Positions 38,154 through 51,307 of a stretch of 64,000 nt of DNA are shown here, piece after piece. Each line of letters begins with the position of its first letter. Position 1 is the stretch's first letter. Position numbers and translations under genes: made by a program. Origin of the DNA: Zygnema circumcarinatum SAG 698-1b (Eukaryota; Plantae; Zygnematophyceae); contig CM074811.1 in assembly GCA_037447605.1 (NCBI GenBank), forward strand, positions 3,410,001-3,474,000. The letters are read 5' to 3'. The notes below the pieces were generated by a model. It searched no databases, was not told the origin of the DNA, and saw nothing but the letters and a program-made list of their open reading frames with translations.

Positions 38154-39447
38154 GGACCAGCTTTATCAAAAAATTCTCTCTCCTTAGGTAACTTCCCAAC
38201 CTTACAGTCGAGAAATCTCAGGTTGATACAGGGTCATCAACTGCTTTTGAATTGTTTAAGGTTCGCAGACGTATGACGTCTGGGCTGTTCGATTTCTTAT
38301 ATTTGGATTATCAAATGCTAAATGAAGGTAACTTCCTTTTTCAAAGTCTAAATCGGAGAAGATTGCTTACAAGGTGACCGTTAGGACTTTTTCGGCAGCG
38401 ACTTAGCAGCCAGTCTCTTCCTGGTTTTCATACTTCTTCTTTGACCAAGCTGTTCTTAGGTTTTGAGGGGAGAGAGGGCGATCAAAAAGTGGTGTTTGAT
38501 GATATCCATGTTGTGGTGCTCAAATTGCAGATTGGTCCGAATGTGGCTAGCCTTGAGACAGACGTGTGGAGGCTGGATTGTCATCAGCTCCAACTTTGTC
38601 TACTTTAGGGATGTAAGGGTGTCGTGGGGCTCAGCTTTTAGGGTTAGGTCTTTTGAAGACTGGATTTCAGGGTCTTTCAACAACTGGTTTTTTAGGGTTG
38701 GGGTTCGTCGGTTTAAGAGAGGTCCTCTTCAATTGACATCGGCACAGATGAAGGACAATAGCTGTAGAGGGGGGAGGCCGACAAACCCGCTGATGTCTTG
38801 TAGGAGAGGGGCAGTCATGCCGCCTTTGGGAATCACACTAAAGATGAAAGGCACCTTTTGTTGTGTTTGCCAAAGCTTGCCGGCTTGGCTCACTGGTCGT
38901 GCTTTGTAAGGTCCAACCAACCGACAGGCCGACCTACCCTCCGTCGCAATAGATGAGCCTCAATGTGTGGTCAGGTCGCATGAGAATACTTCATTGTGAA
39001 GGTGCTGATTTTGAAGCTGTACAGTATGTGTCTACTTCCTCCATGTCCTTCCTCCCTTCCACTCCACCCCCTTTCTCTCTCCCCGTACCCCACAGTCTCG
39101 TCCTCTCCCTGCCCCTCTCTCCTCCACCCTTCCTCTCCCTGACCCCTCCCCTCTCTCCCTGTCCCCCACAGCCTCTCCCGCTCCCCGGTCATTGCCACAC
39201 ATGACACATCATGCCTTTGCTCGAATGCCATGCCGTCCCACGCCATTCATCCTGCCAGAACCATAAATGGCATGCCATACCGTGACATGCGATGATGACC
39301 CAATTCGTCAGGCCATGCTTGCCATGTGCCATGCTTTTTCAAAAACCAACATCTACAATGCAAAACCCTCGAAAACATGAAGCTGCTCACTCTTTCTTTC
39401 TTTAAAAAAAAAAAGGGGGGGGGAAGAAGTACAGGAGAAAGCTTTCC

Positions 39448-40750
<1,303 letters not shown>

Positions 40751-42915
40751 GGCTGTGCCACGTGGCAACAGGAGAGAGGGAGGGAGGGAGAACGGGGAGG
40801 GAAGGAGGAAAGGAGAGGGAGAAAGAGGGAGGGAGGCGGGAGGGAGGGGGGGAGAGGCGAGAGGCGAGAGGGAGGCGGATTTCTCATATAAAGAAGGGGC
40901 TTATGTGTCGGGAATGCAGCAGTTCAGTTGGACACGTGTCGAAGGAGAGGAAGAGGGAGAGGGAGAGGGAGAAGGAGAGGGAGAGGAGATGTTAACCGCT
41001 GTGAGAGAGCAGTGGAGGAGGTACTCTTGGAGTGGCCTGCTCTCGGATAGAGAGGAGGACACGTGGCAAGCGGGGAAGCTCGAGGAGGGAGGATACATGG
41101 GGTCACAGTTCAACGCTGAAACTGCATAGTTCCATGTAGTGGCCCCCCTGCGACCTTGAGCCGTGGTCAGTGGTCGTCCTCGTAAAAATGAATTTGTGAT
41201 GACTCGAATCGTGAACTCCAAAGGTTGTCATATTGTTGTGCGTGTGCCTCTAGAACATGGGCCTTTCATGCTCAATGTTTGCCTGTTTTCAGGATTGTTG
41301 GAGGGGAAAAGGGTTGGGCGAGAGAGAGAAGGGAAACGAGTGCGCATGTGCCCGTTTGACCGTTCTCAACAACAACATGGTTAACCAGTCTCTCACCAAA
41401 GACTTGAAGTGTGGAGCTGAACCGTGTTTAACAAATACTGTACATTAAAGATTTCCAAAAATTTAGGAGAACTATATACCGCCCCCCCTTTTTGGTTATC
41501 CCGCCACTGTTTTTTTGAAATCCGACCCTCCCATTTCGGCTATTCTGCCCCCTGTTTTGAAATATCCCGCCCCCCCCCCCCCATTTTGGATATTCCCCCC
41601 CGTTTTCTCCTTCTCACACATCAGCGCAACGTTCGAGAGAGAGAGCAAAGGAGAGAAAGAGAGTGAGCAGAGTGAGAGCAAAGGAGAGAGAGACTAGAGT
41701 AGAGAGCACAGGAGAGAGCAAAGGTGAGAGAAGAGAGAGAGAGCAAAGGAGCGAGAGCCGAGGGGAGAGAGTATAGAGGAGAGAGAAAGTGCAGAGGAGT
41801 GAGAGTAAGGGAGAGAGAGACTAGAGGAGAGAGCAAAGGAGAGAGAGACTAGAGGAGAGAGCACAGGAGAGAGCAAAGGAGAGAGAGAGAATGAGCAGAG
41901 GAGAGAGCAAAGGAGAGAGAGAGAGTAGAGTGAGAGCAAAGGAGAGAGACTAGAGGAGAGAGCAAAAGAGAGAGAGAGAATGAGCAGAGGAGAGAGAGTA
42001 AAGGAGAGAAAGACTAGAGGAGAGAGAGCAGAGGAGANNNNNNNNNNGGCCGGCCGGGCCGGCACGTCTCTCGCATGGGGTTCCGCAGGAGAGGGAGGGG
42101 GAGGGGGAGGCGGAGGGGGAGGGGGAGGGGGAGCCGCTCGGGGGACTACCTTTGGAGCGTGACGTGACATGGAGGTGGCACGGCTGGCGCTCTGCCCCAT
42201 GGCTGTGCCACGTGGCAACAGGAGAGAGGGAGGGAGGGAGAACGGGGAGGGAAGGAGGAAAGGAGAGGGAGAAAGAGGGAGGGAGGCGGGAGGGAGGGGG
42301 GGAGAGGCGAGAGGCGAGAGGGAGGCGGATTTCTCATATAAAGAAGGGGCTTATGTGTCGGGAATGCAGCAGTTCAGTTGGACACGTGTCGAAGGAGAGG
42401 AAGAGGGAGAGGGAGAGGGAGAAGGAGAGGGAGAGGAGATGTTAACCGCTGTGAGAGAGCAGTGGAGGAGGTACTCTTGGAGTGGCCTGCTCTCGGATAG
42501 AGAGGAGGACACGTGGCAAGCGGGGAAGCTCGAGGAGGGAGGATACATGGGGTCACAGTTCAACGCTGAAACTGCATAGTTCCATGTAGTGGCCCCCCTG
42601 CGACCTTGAGCCGTGGTCAGTGGTCGTCCTCGTAAAAATGAATTTGTGATGACTCGAATCGTGAACTCCAAAGGTTGTCATATTGTTGTGCGTGTGCCTC
42701 TAGAACATGGGCCTTTCATGCTCAATGTTTGCCTGTTTTCAGGATTGTTGGAGGGGAAAAGGGTTGGGCGAGAGAGAGAAGGGAAACGAGTGCGCATGTG
42801 CCCGTTTGACCGTTCTCAACAACAACATGGTTAACCAGTCTCTCACCAAAGACTTGAAGTGTGGAGCTGAACCGTGTTTAACAAATACTGTACATTAAAG
42901 ATTTCCAAAAATTTA

Positions 42916-43506
42916 GGAGAACTATATACCGCCCCCCCTTTTTGGTTATCCCGCCACTGTTTTTTTGAAATCCGACCCTCCCATTTCGGCTATTCTGCCC
43001 CCTGTTTTGAAATATCCCGCCCCCCCCCCCCCATTTTGGATATTCCCCCCCGTTTTCTCCTTCTCACACATCAGCGCAACGTTCGAGAGAGAGAGCAAAG
43101 GAGAGAAAGAGAGTGAGCAGAGTGAGAGCAAAGGAGAGAGAGACTAGAGTAGAGAGCACAGGAGAGAGCAAAGGTGAGAGAAGAGAGAGAGAGCAAAGGA
43201 GCGAGAGCCGAGGGGAGAGAGTATAGAGGAGAGAGAAAGTGCAGAGGAGTGAGAGTAAGGGAGAGAGAGACTAGAGGAGAGAGCAAAGGAGAGAGAGACT
43301 AGAGGAGAGAGCACAGGAGAGAGCAAAGGAGAGAGAGAGAATGAGCAGAGGAGAGAGCAAAGGAGAGAGAGAGAGNNNNNNNNNNGAGAGAGAGAGAGTA
43401 GAGTGAGAGCAAAGGAGAGAGACTAGAGGAGAGAGCAAAAGAGAGAGAGAGAATGAGCAGAGGAGAGAGAGTAAAGGAGAGAAAGACTAGAGGAGAGAGA
43501 GCAGAG

Positions 43507-43554
<48 letters not shown>

Positions 43555-44337
43555 CGAAGGAGCGAGAGCCGAAGAGAGAGAGTATAGAGGAGAGAGCAAA
43601 GGAGAGAGAAGAGAGAGAGAGAGCAAAGGAGCGAGAGCCAAGGAGAGAGAGTATAAAGGAGAGAGCAAAGGAGAGAGAGAGTGAGTAGAGGAGTGAGAGC
43701 AAAGGAGAGAGAGACTAGAGGACAACAGACAGATTTTACAACCCACGTGTCCTTCTTCTTGGAAAACGTCGCCCTAATCTCGAAAGGGCAATTTTTCAAG
43801 CGGCTGGAAGTATTCCTCTTCTTACTACTCTCTTCCAGACCTCTGTCCTCGTAGGTCCCCCCGCTATAGCATTGTAGGTAGAGTCGGCGGCTATCGCTAT
43901 GCTTGCCGATCTTGATGTGAAATCCTTCCTGCTTGTAGTGCTTAGTCAAGACTTGTACAAGCTCATCGCGAGTCTTATACTCAGTCATTTGTGTGGAGAT
44001 TGCAAACCGAGAGGAAGAAGGGAAGGGNNNNNNNNNNAGGGGAGGGGAGGGGAGGGGTGGGCAGGGGAGGGGAGGGGAGGGGAGAGGACGGGAGGGGAGA
44101 GGACGGGAGGGGAGGGCAGGGAAGGGGAGGGAAGGGGAGGGGGAGGGGAGGGGGAGGGCAGGGGAGGGGAGGGGAGCGGACGGGAGGGGCGGGAAAGAAA
44201 TATTCAAAAAAGGGGGGCGATCTCCTCCCGAAATATCCAAAATGGGGGAGGGGGGCAGAATAGCCGAAATGGGAGGGTCGGATTTCAAAAAAAACAGTGG
44301 CGGGATAACCAAAAAAGGGGGCGGTATATAGTTCTCC
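42916..44337 (-). mobile_element. Non-autonomous Mutator-like element: ~140-bp TIRs, 8-bp TSD AAAATTTA, FAR1/WRKY-GCM1-type transposase N-terminal fragment and internal GA-rich minisatellite
   Basis: GGAGAACTATATACCGCCCC... at 42916 (also 41466) is the reverse complement of the end at 44337. AAAATTTA sits at 42908-42915 and 44338-44345. There are two internal N gaps. Confidence 0.85.
43722..43988 (-). pseudogene. Truncated MULE transposase DNA-binding domain
   Basis: MTEYKTRDELVQVLTKHYKQEGFHIKIGKHSDSRRLYLQCYSGGTY...RNTSSRLKNCPFEIRATFSKKKDTWVVKSVC fits the FAR1-type zinc-finger pattern. It is cut off by the minisatellite before the expected HNH, and there is no DDE domain. Confidence 0.8.
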
Positions 44338-44645
44338 AAAATTTATGTACAATAATGTTGAAAGATACTGTTGGCCCTTCACCTACAAAACAGGGATGTC
44401 TGCTGAAACCTTCACTAGCCCTAAATGTGCTCCATCCTTTCAACAGTCTGAAGGGACTCTCTCCCTCTCTCAACTCTCTCCCTTCCTCCCTTCCTCTCCC
44501 TCTCCGTCCTTCCCTCTCTCCCTCCATGATACACGCACGCCCCTCTCTCGCCTTAAAACCCACGAAAAGAATAAAAAACTGAATTAATTCAACCATACCC
44601 CAAAATGTAAAGTTCTGCCTTTTCTCTAAGTATTCCACCGCTTTT

Positions 44646-44677
<32 letters not shown>

Positions 44678-44718
44678 GTCATCTCACTATCCTCCCCTTG
44701 ACCACAAGAGAAACTAAC

Positions 44719-45796
44719 TCATCCCTTTCCTGCTGCTGCTCCACTCTCTCCAGTAGGGTGCAGCCATTCGCCGTTAATAGTAACCTCCCTATTATGGTCA
44801 AGTAGCCCTCCTCGCCCTAATCCCCACCCTTCCATCTCCTCCTCCTCCTCCCCACTCCCTCCATGCCCTCTCTCTCCCTCTCCCTCTCCCCCACCCAACC
44901 CTCTCCCACCAGCACTCGCTGATGCCGCCACCTCACTACCGTCTCTCTCGCTCTCTCTCTCACTATCAAAGCCGCAATCCGACCACCTCCCTGAGACCCC
45001 GTACGGCTCTCTCTCCTCGCCCACCCTCCCACTATCTTCTCCCTTTGCTTCTCCTCCTCCTCCTTCTCCCCCTCCTCTCCTTCCCTCTCTCTCCCCGTTA
45101 CCATTGCTATCTTCCTCTTCTCCCCTGCGAGATGAAAAGCTTCCCCTCCCAGAAATAACAGAGGCAGCATTCGGGAGCGGAGGGCATTTTATTCGGACGC
45201 TTCCTCTGCAGAAAATAATGAAGAAAAACAATAAAGGAAATGTTATTCAATTCAACAAATAGATAATGATGAAATGAAAAGCAAAGTCTATGGGGATTTA
45301 CTAGCCCTTTCGTGGTATTCTTAGGGCTTTCAGGGCTTGAAACAGTTGGTGTTTTTAGGGTTTTTAGGGTTTAAGGGGGAGCTTAAGGGCAGAACCTTAA
45401 GCTGGAGAAGCTGCCTGTACGGCTGGGGGGGTTCTTTGTGGCCGACTGTGGAGGGAAAATCCGTTGCAGGCGACGGTTAACCATTTCTATGAAGTGCTGC
45501 TCAACTTCCGCCAGAGATTTCTGATGGCTCTCGTGCAGGCTCTGCAGGGAGAGAGAAAAAATAAGAAAGAAATAAGAAAGAAAAATGAAGGAAAGCAAGG
45601 AAGTAAAGAAAGGGGAGGGGAGCAGAGGAGGGGCTAAAAAACTAAGGAAAAAAGGCAGCGATTTGCTGGGCTGTTTTAGCATATTAGAAGCTGGAAATAA
45701 TAAACTATGGTTTTCAAGATTAGAAATTTTACATGCTGATCTTCCTTGCAGACTCAAACAGAACTAGCACAACCTAAATTAACTAAAACTATATCG

Positions 45797-45827
<31 letters not shown>

Positions 45828-48800
45828 GTAAATGTTTATATAGATATACGTTTTTCAATTTATATGTATATATGTTTATAATGACCTCCAAGCGGGCGGA
45901 AAACGCAGCGAGCTGCTTCGCGCGAATGCGCTCCTGCGCCGCAAAAATGTGATCCAACACCAACACTCGCTGGCAGTCGGCTGCGGAGGGAGAGAGAGAG
46001 AGAGGGAGGGAGGGAGGAAGGGAGGAGTTAGAGAGAGTGGGGAGAGAGGCGAGATAGAGAGGGAGGGAGGGAGGAAGGGAGGGAGGAGTGAGAGAGAGTA
46101 GGGAGAGAGGCGAGAGAGAGAGGAAGGGAGGGAGGAAGGGAGGAGTGAGAGAGAGTGGGGAGAAAGGCGAGAGAGAGAGGGAGGGAGGAAGGGAGGAGTG
46201 AGAGAGAGTGGAGAGAGGCGAGAGAGAGAGGGAGGGAGGGAGGGAGGAAGGGAGGAGTGAGAGACAGTGGGGAGAGAGGCGAGAGAGAGTGAGGGGGAAA
46301 AGGGGGAGAGAGAAGATCGAGGGATTGAAAGACGGAGGAAAGATAATTAGGATTTCAAAGACCTCTTTTTCTCTCTCCCTCTCGTGCATATATGCGCAGG
46401 ACGGAGAAGGGGTTGAGAGGGACAAGGAGACGGGATGGATGGGAGAGGGAGAGAGGGAGTGAAGGGATATGGGAAGCGTGAACAGAAGACAGGAAGGAGT
46501 GGGAGGAGCAAATGCAGAAGGGGAGAGAGTGAGGGAGCGAGTGAGAGAGAGACGGAGAGAAGGGAAGTGAGGTAGAGGAAAAGCTTGAGAATACAAGGGG
46601 TCAAGAGAAAGCGGGAGAGACAGAGTGCTTACCTAAAGACAGCATCACCTCTTCCCCTCCCTCCTGCCTCCCCTCTCCCTCCCCCTCCCCCTCCCTCCCC
46701 TTCTCCAACCTATCCTCAACTCCACCGCTGTATTGCGACAACAATGGCTCCAACAAACCCTCTCTCTTGCTCTCTCGTCCCCTTTCCCACTCCCTCCCCC
46801 TCTCTCTCTCCCCTCTCCCCCCTTGCTCTCCCACTATGCACAGACTTCCAGTACCTTTCGAACTACTTTTTGGGACCTTTTCTCCTTCACATTGTCCCGG
46901 GAGAAATTCAGCAATTTCCGACTTCATAGAATTAACCCCTATTCCAGGACTAAATGAAGAAATTTCTCGATTTAAAGCAAAAGTCGGCCCCCTATCTTCG
47001 ATTTTAAACCGTCCGAAAACTCTCGGGTCATCCAAAGTCTCTCCCACTCCTCCTCCTCTCCTACCCCCATCTCCTCTCCCTCCCCCTTCTCCCTCTCCTC
47101 CCACTCCTCTCCTGAACGTCCCCATTCCAGGATGAAGTTTCGAACTACTCTCAGCCAAATTTTGGTTCGGAGGTGGTAAATTCTGTGCTCGTAGTTCGCC
47201 GTTGTTTGCTGAAAATTCAGACTTCAAATTTTCTTTATTCGACATAGAAAGGGGGCTCAGAGCTCCTCCGTTAAACGGACTGAGCAGCTCCTCCAACAAA
47301 TGGTCGTCGAAAAAGAGGTCGACGTTATTGCCAAATCTGCAAGTGACACGTGGCACTGTTATACCTTCCGTCAAGGAAAAAAAGACGTGAAACAAAATTT
47401 CAAAAAACAGTGGTTCCATGCTCTTCAAATCTTCAATCGTTTCGGCCACTCGAAAAAACTAGTCTAATCAGTTTTCTCACTATTTTTCTCACTAAAAACG
47501 CTCTCAGAACTACATCAGTCAAGTCAGTAAACATTCCATAAGTGTTGACCTCCAACCTCTCCAACCTTTACAAACATATAAAACTACGTTTTTTAAACTT
47601 TGAGTTGAGTTGAGTTGAGTTGTTTTTGAACTTGTATGTTTATTTTTTCGAGGAACTTTTTTTTTTTTTTAGGTCAAAGAAGCATGCGAGCAAACAAACC
47701 ATACATACATGGAGGCGGAGGTCTGCGTGTTCCTCCTATAGAGCATCCTTGAGGAGTGCACTGCGTCCTCCATGATGTAAATGAACACGTTGAGGACGCA
47801 GTAGATGAAGCACATCACAAAGGAGACAAGGAACACCCTCCCAATCCACTGCACCTCCTGCGTGTACTGCCGGAAGGTTCCATGCATGTCGTCTCCGTTC
47901 ACGATGCTGGAAAACGGCAAACGGAACGGAACGGAACGGAGCATGGAACGGTCAAGGGAACAGTCGACAGGGGAGGGGAGGGAGGGAAGGGGGGAGGGAG
48001 GGGGGTGAGGGAGGGAGGGAGGGAGGGAGGGAGGGAGGGAGGAGGGAGGGAGGGAGGGAGGGAGGGAGGGAGTGGAGGGAGGGAGGAGGGAGGGAGGGAG
48101 GAGGAGGGAGGAGGGAGGGAGGAGGAGGGAGGGAGGGAGGGAGGGAGGGAGGGAGGGAGGAGGGAGGGAGGGAGGGAGGGAGGGAGGGAGGAGGAGGGAG
48201 TGGAGGGAGGGAGGGAGGAGGGAGGGAGGGAGGGAGGGAGGGAGGGAGGGAGGGAGGGAGGGAGGGAGGGAGGGAGGGAGGGAGGGAGGGAGGGAGGGAG
48301 GGAGGAGGGAGGGAGGGAGGGAGGGAGGGAGGGAGGGAGGGAGGGAGGGAGGAAGACAAAGATGAGGGGAGTTCCATGTTGGAAGGGGAACAGAAAGTTT
48401 TGAACGGTTTTTTGTTTGGCTTCGTGCTTGATTGAAAGGCAGTGGGAGGAAGAGGGGAGGAGGAGGAGAAGAGAGAAAAGGAGGAGAGAAGAGAGGGTGG
48501 TATATGGCAAGTAAGTACCAGAACAAGGTGATTGCGGAATCTCCGAAGGTTCGGAACGTATCTGCGAATGCGCCGAAAAAGGTCCATCCAAATAAAACAT
48601 AGCCTGCAATTCGAAGGACAGGAAAGTAGGACAAATTTGAATGAAAGGAAGGAGATTATGTAAATGTTACTAAAACGTATGGTAGGAAAGTTGGATTTAT
48701 AAGAACGACACAAGAGAGGGGGGCGGCGAGAGGGAAAGAGAGAGAGAGAAGGGGGGTGGGAGAGTGTGTGTGTGTGTGTGTGAGAGGGAGAGAGAGAGAG

Positions 48801-51249
48801 AGAGAGGGAAGGAGGGAAGGAGGGAGGGAGGGAGGGAGGGAGGGAGGGAGGGAGGGAGGGAGGGAGGGCCTCGCTGGAACGTTACCCACAAAGACGGGGC
48901 CTATAGCAACCACAAGTCGCAGAATGTACGGAAGGCCTGTCCGCATTGCGAACAGTATGATCGCCATCTCGTCGTTGAACCTGCGCATGATGCCGCCAAG
49001 GGGGGGGCTTTAGACACATCTCACACTTATTTTCCTCTTTTCATGTAAACGTTCGTACATGCATACATACGCATGCATGTGTATGCATGTGCATGCATGT
49101 TTGCATGTGCATGCATTTGGCGGCGCATGGGACTCACTCAAAGTACTGCGTGTTCTGCACCCACGCGAACGCCGCGCCGAGGCCCATGATGAGGTGGATC
49201 CACCTGTGCGCGCCACGTCAGCCTCCTATGACAAGTGAGCTTTAGGGTTCTTAGGGTTTTAGGGGGGTTAGGGCAGGGTTCAGAAAATGAATCAGGCGAG
49301 GCGAGCAACCCAGCCCCCCCTCCCCCTCCCCTCATACTAAAACCCTGCATCCCTGAACCCTGCAAGGAGGGTTCCCCCCCACCCACCAGTGGCGGTCGAG
49401 CGGGAGCGCGCTCGCCGGGAGGAGGTACATGGTCGAGCTGACGGCGCAGCACACGTCACAGATGACGGTAGCAACGCCCCATAGATTGAAAAACCGAAGC
49501 TTGTCCTGCACCATGCATGCATGGATGTATGTATGGGCATGAATGGATGATCTATGGATGGCCACATCCATGCATGCATGCATGCATGGGTGGATGTTTG
49601 TATGTATGTATGTATGTATGTATGTATGTATGTATGTATGGCCATGAATGGATAATCTATGGATGGCCACATGCATGCATGCATGTTCGACATATGCATC
49701 CATGCGAGCACGCACGCATGGATGCATGGTCCCATGGACAATGGCATGCCCGGCATAGGCAAGGAGGCAAAGGGGCTCACGTTGAGAGAGAACGACTCCC
49801 AAAAGAACGGCGGCCATTTCCCCGCGAGGTGGCTCGAGCTCGCCGCCGTGTAGTGCATCCGCACCGTCCGATACATCTCACACGATCTGGACCGTCCGTC
49901 ACGCTTACAACGTCAGATCCTGCGAATCTTCCAGAAAAGATTCTAGTAATCTGAAATGTCAGATCTACTTCGAGATCACATTGAAGATCCACAGATGCGA
50001 TTGTGACTTGATACCTTTTAGAATCCACCGATTCAGAGGTAAATATTTGAAAAATCTTTTCAGATTTACCTGGATATGGACCGAATCGTAAGGACCAATG
50101 AGGCGAGCGAGAGGGCGATCACAGATACGGAGATCCAAAAGATTGCGCTGCTCGGATGCGTCCACCACCGACTTTCCGTCTCCTTCTCGCGGCAGAACTC
50201 ATCCGTCGCTTGCCGCCAAAACATGCTGCCCGCAATCATTACGGACCCGTCCAATCAGACAAAAAAAACGAGCGTCAGCGCACCCCGTCCAAAATTAATA
50301 ACAAATTTATGCCCTGCAAGAAGCAACGGTCAGCGACGACTGACAAAAAAAAAAAAAAAAAAAAAAAAATCCCGTCTTGTTAAAATTGTGACGGGCAGGC
50401 AATCCCGGGGAAGGCATAAAACGTATCGAGATACTTGGGTATATTGCGATATGAGATATAGTCGATATATCGTACCGAAAGTCGAGGCGAATATGAGACG
50501 CCTTGGAGAAGTCGTATCGGTGGCGCAGGTCCCATAGCCAGCACGCGGGGGGGAGTCGGCCGGAGGGGTCCGAGGCCAAATTGTGGACAAAATATTTCAG
50601 TTCTACCCACTCCAAATATTGGGAAACTTCGCGGATCTGAAAGCAGAGGAGGAACAGGAAAGCAGAGCACGAGTTCAACAAAAAAAAAAAAAAAAGCCAA
50701 AACTCGAAAGTTTTAATGAAAAAAAAGTATTTTTTTTCTTTTCAAAGTCCTTGTTATCATGCGCACCTGCGTCAAATTGTTCAACTGAAAGGGTCCGTAC
50801 GGAGGGCTTGTCAGGATATACGTTTCACCTGCCCGAAAGAAAAACCAAACAAAAAATAACTTCATAAAAAAAAAATTATTAAATAACTCAAAATCCCTCA
50901 AGTCATGAGACCCCCTCCTCCAAACCTTCCTCCAACTTTCTCCTTCTAATATTTCAAACATCTCTCCCTTTTTTATTTTTTGCTAAAATAAAATTAAAAT
51001 TTCTCAATCTCGTACCTACCGTCTTTGCCCATGGTCCATTCCCGCCCGGCGGGCCCCAACCGGTCCTTAAAGTCAACCGTCATGATGACATCTCCAAAGG
51101 GCGCAAAGTCCCCCACAAAGTCAAAGTCCTGCATGCCGCGCAGCGCCATCATGACGTGCCGTACGCTGTCGGCGAAGTCCGAATATTTGCGGATCGCATA
51201 GGCCGCCCCCCGGGGCCCGCTGCTCGCAACCTGCTACCGCCAAAAACAA

Positions 51250-51307
<58 letters not shown>

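Noticed and set aside
47669-48713. Poly-PPSL and poly-GGRE ORFs
   Set aside because: Intronic (GGGA)n. Only the short flanking pieces are TRPML exons.
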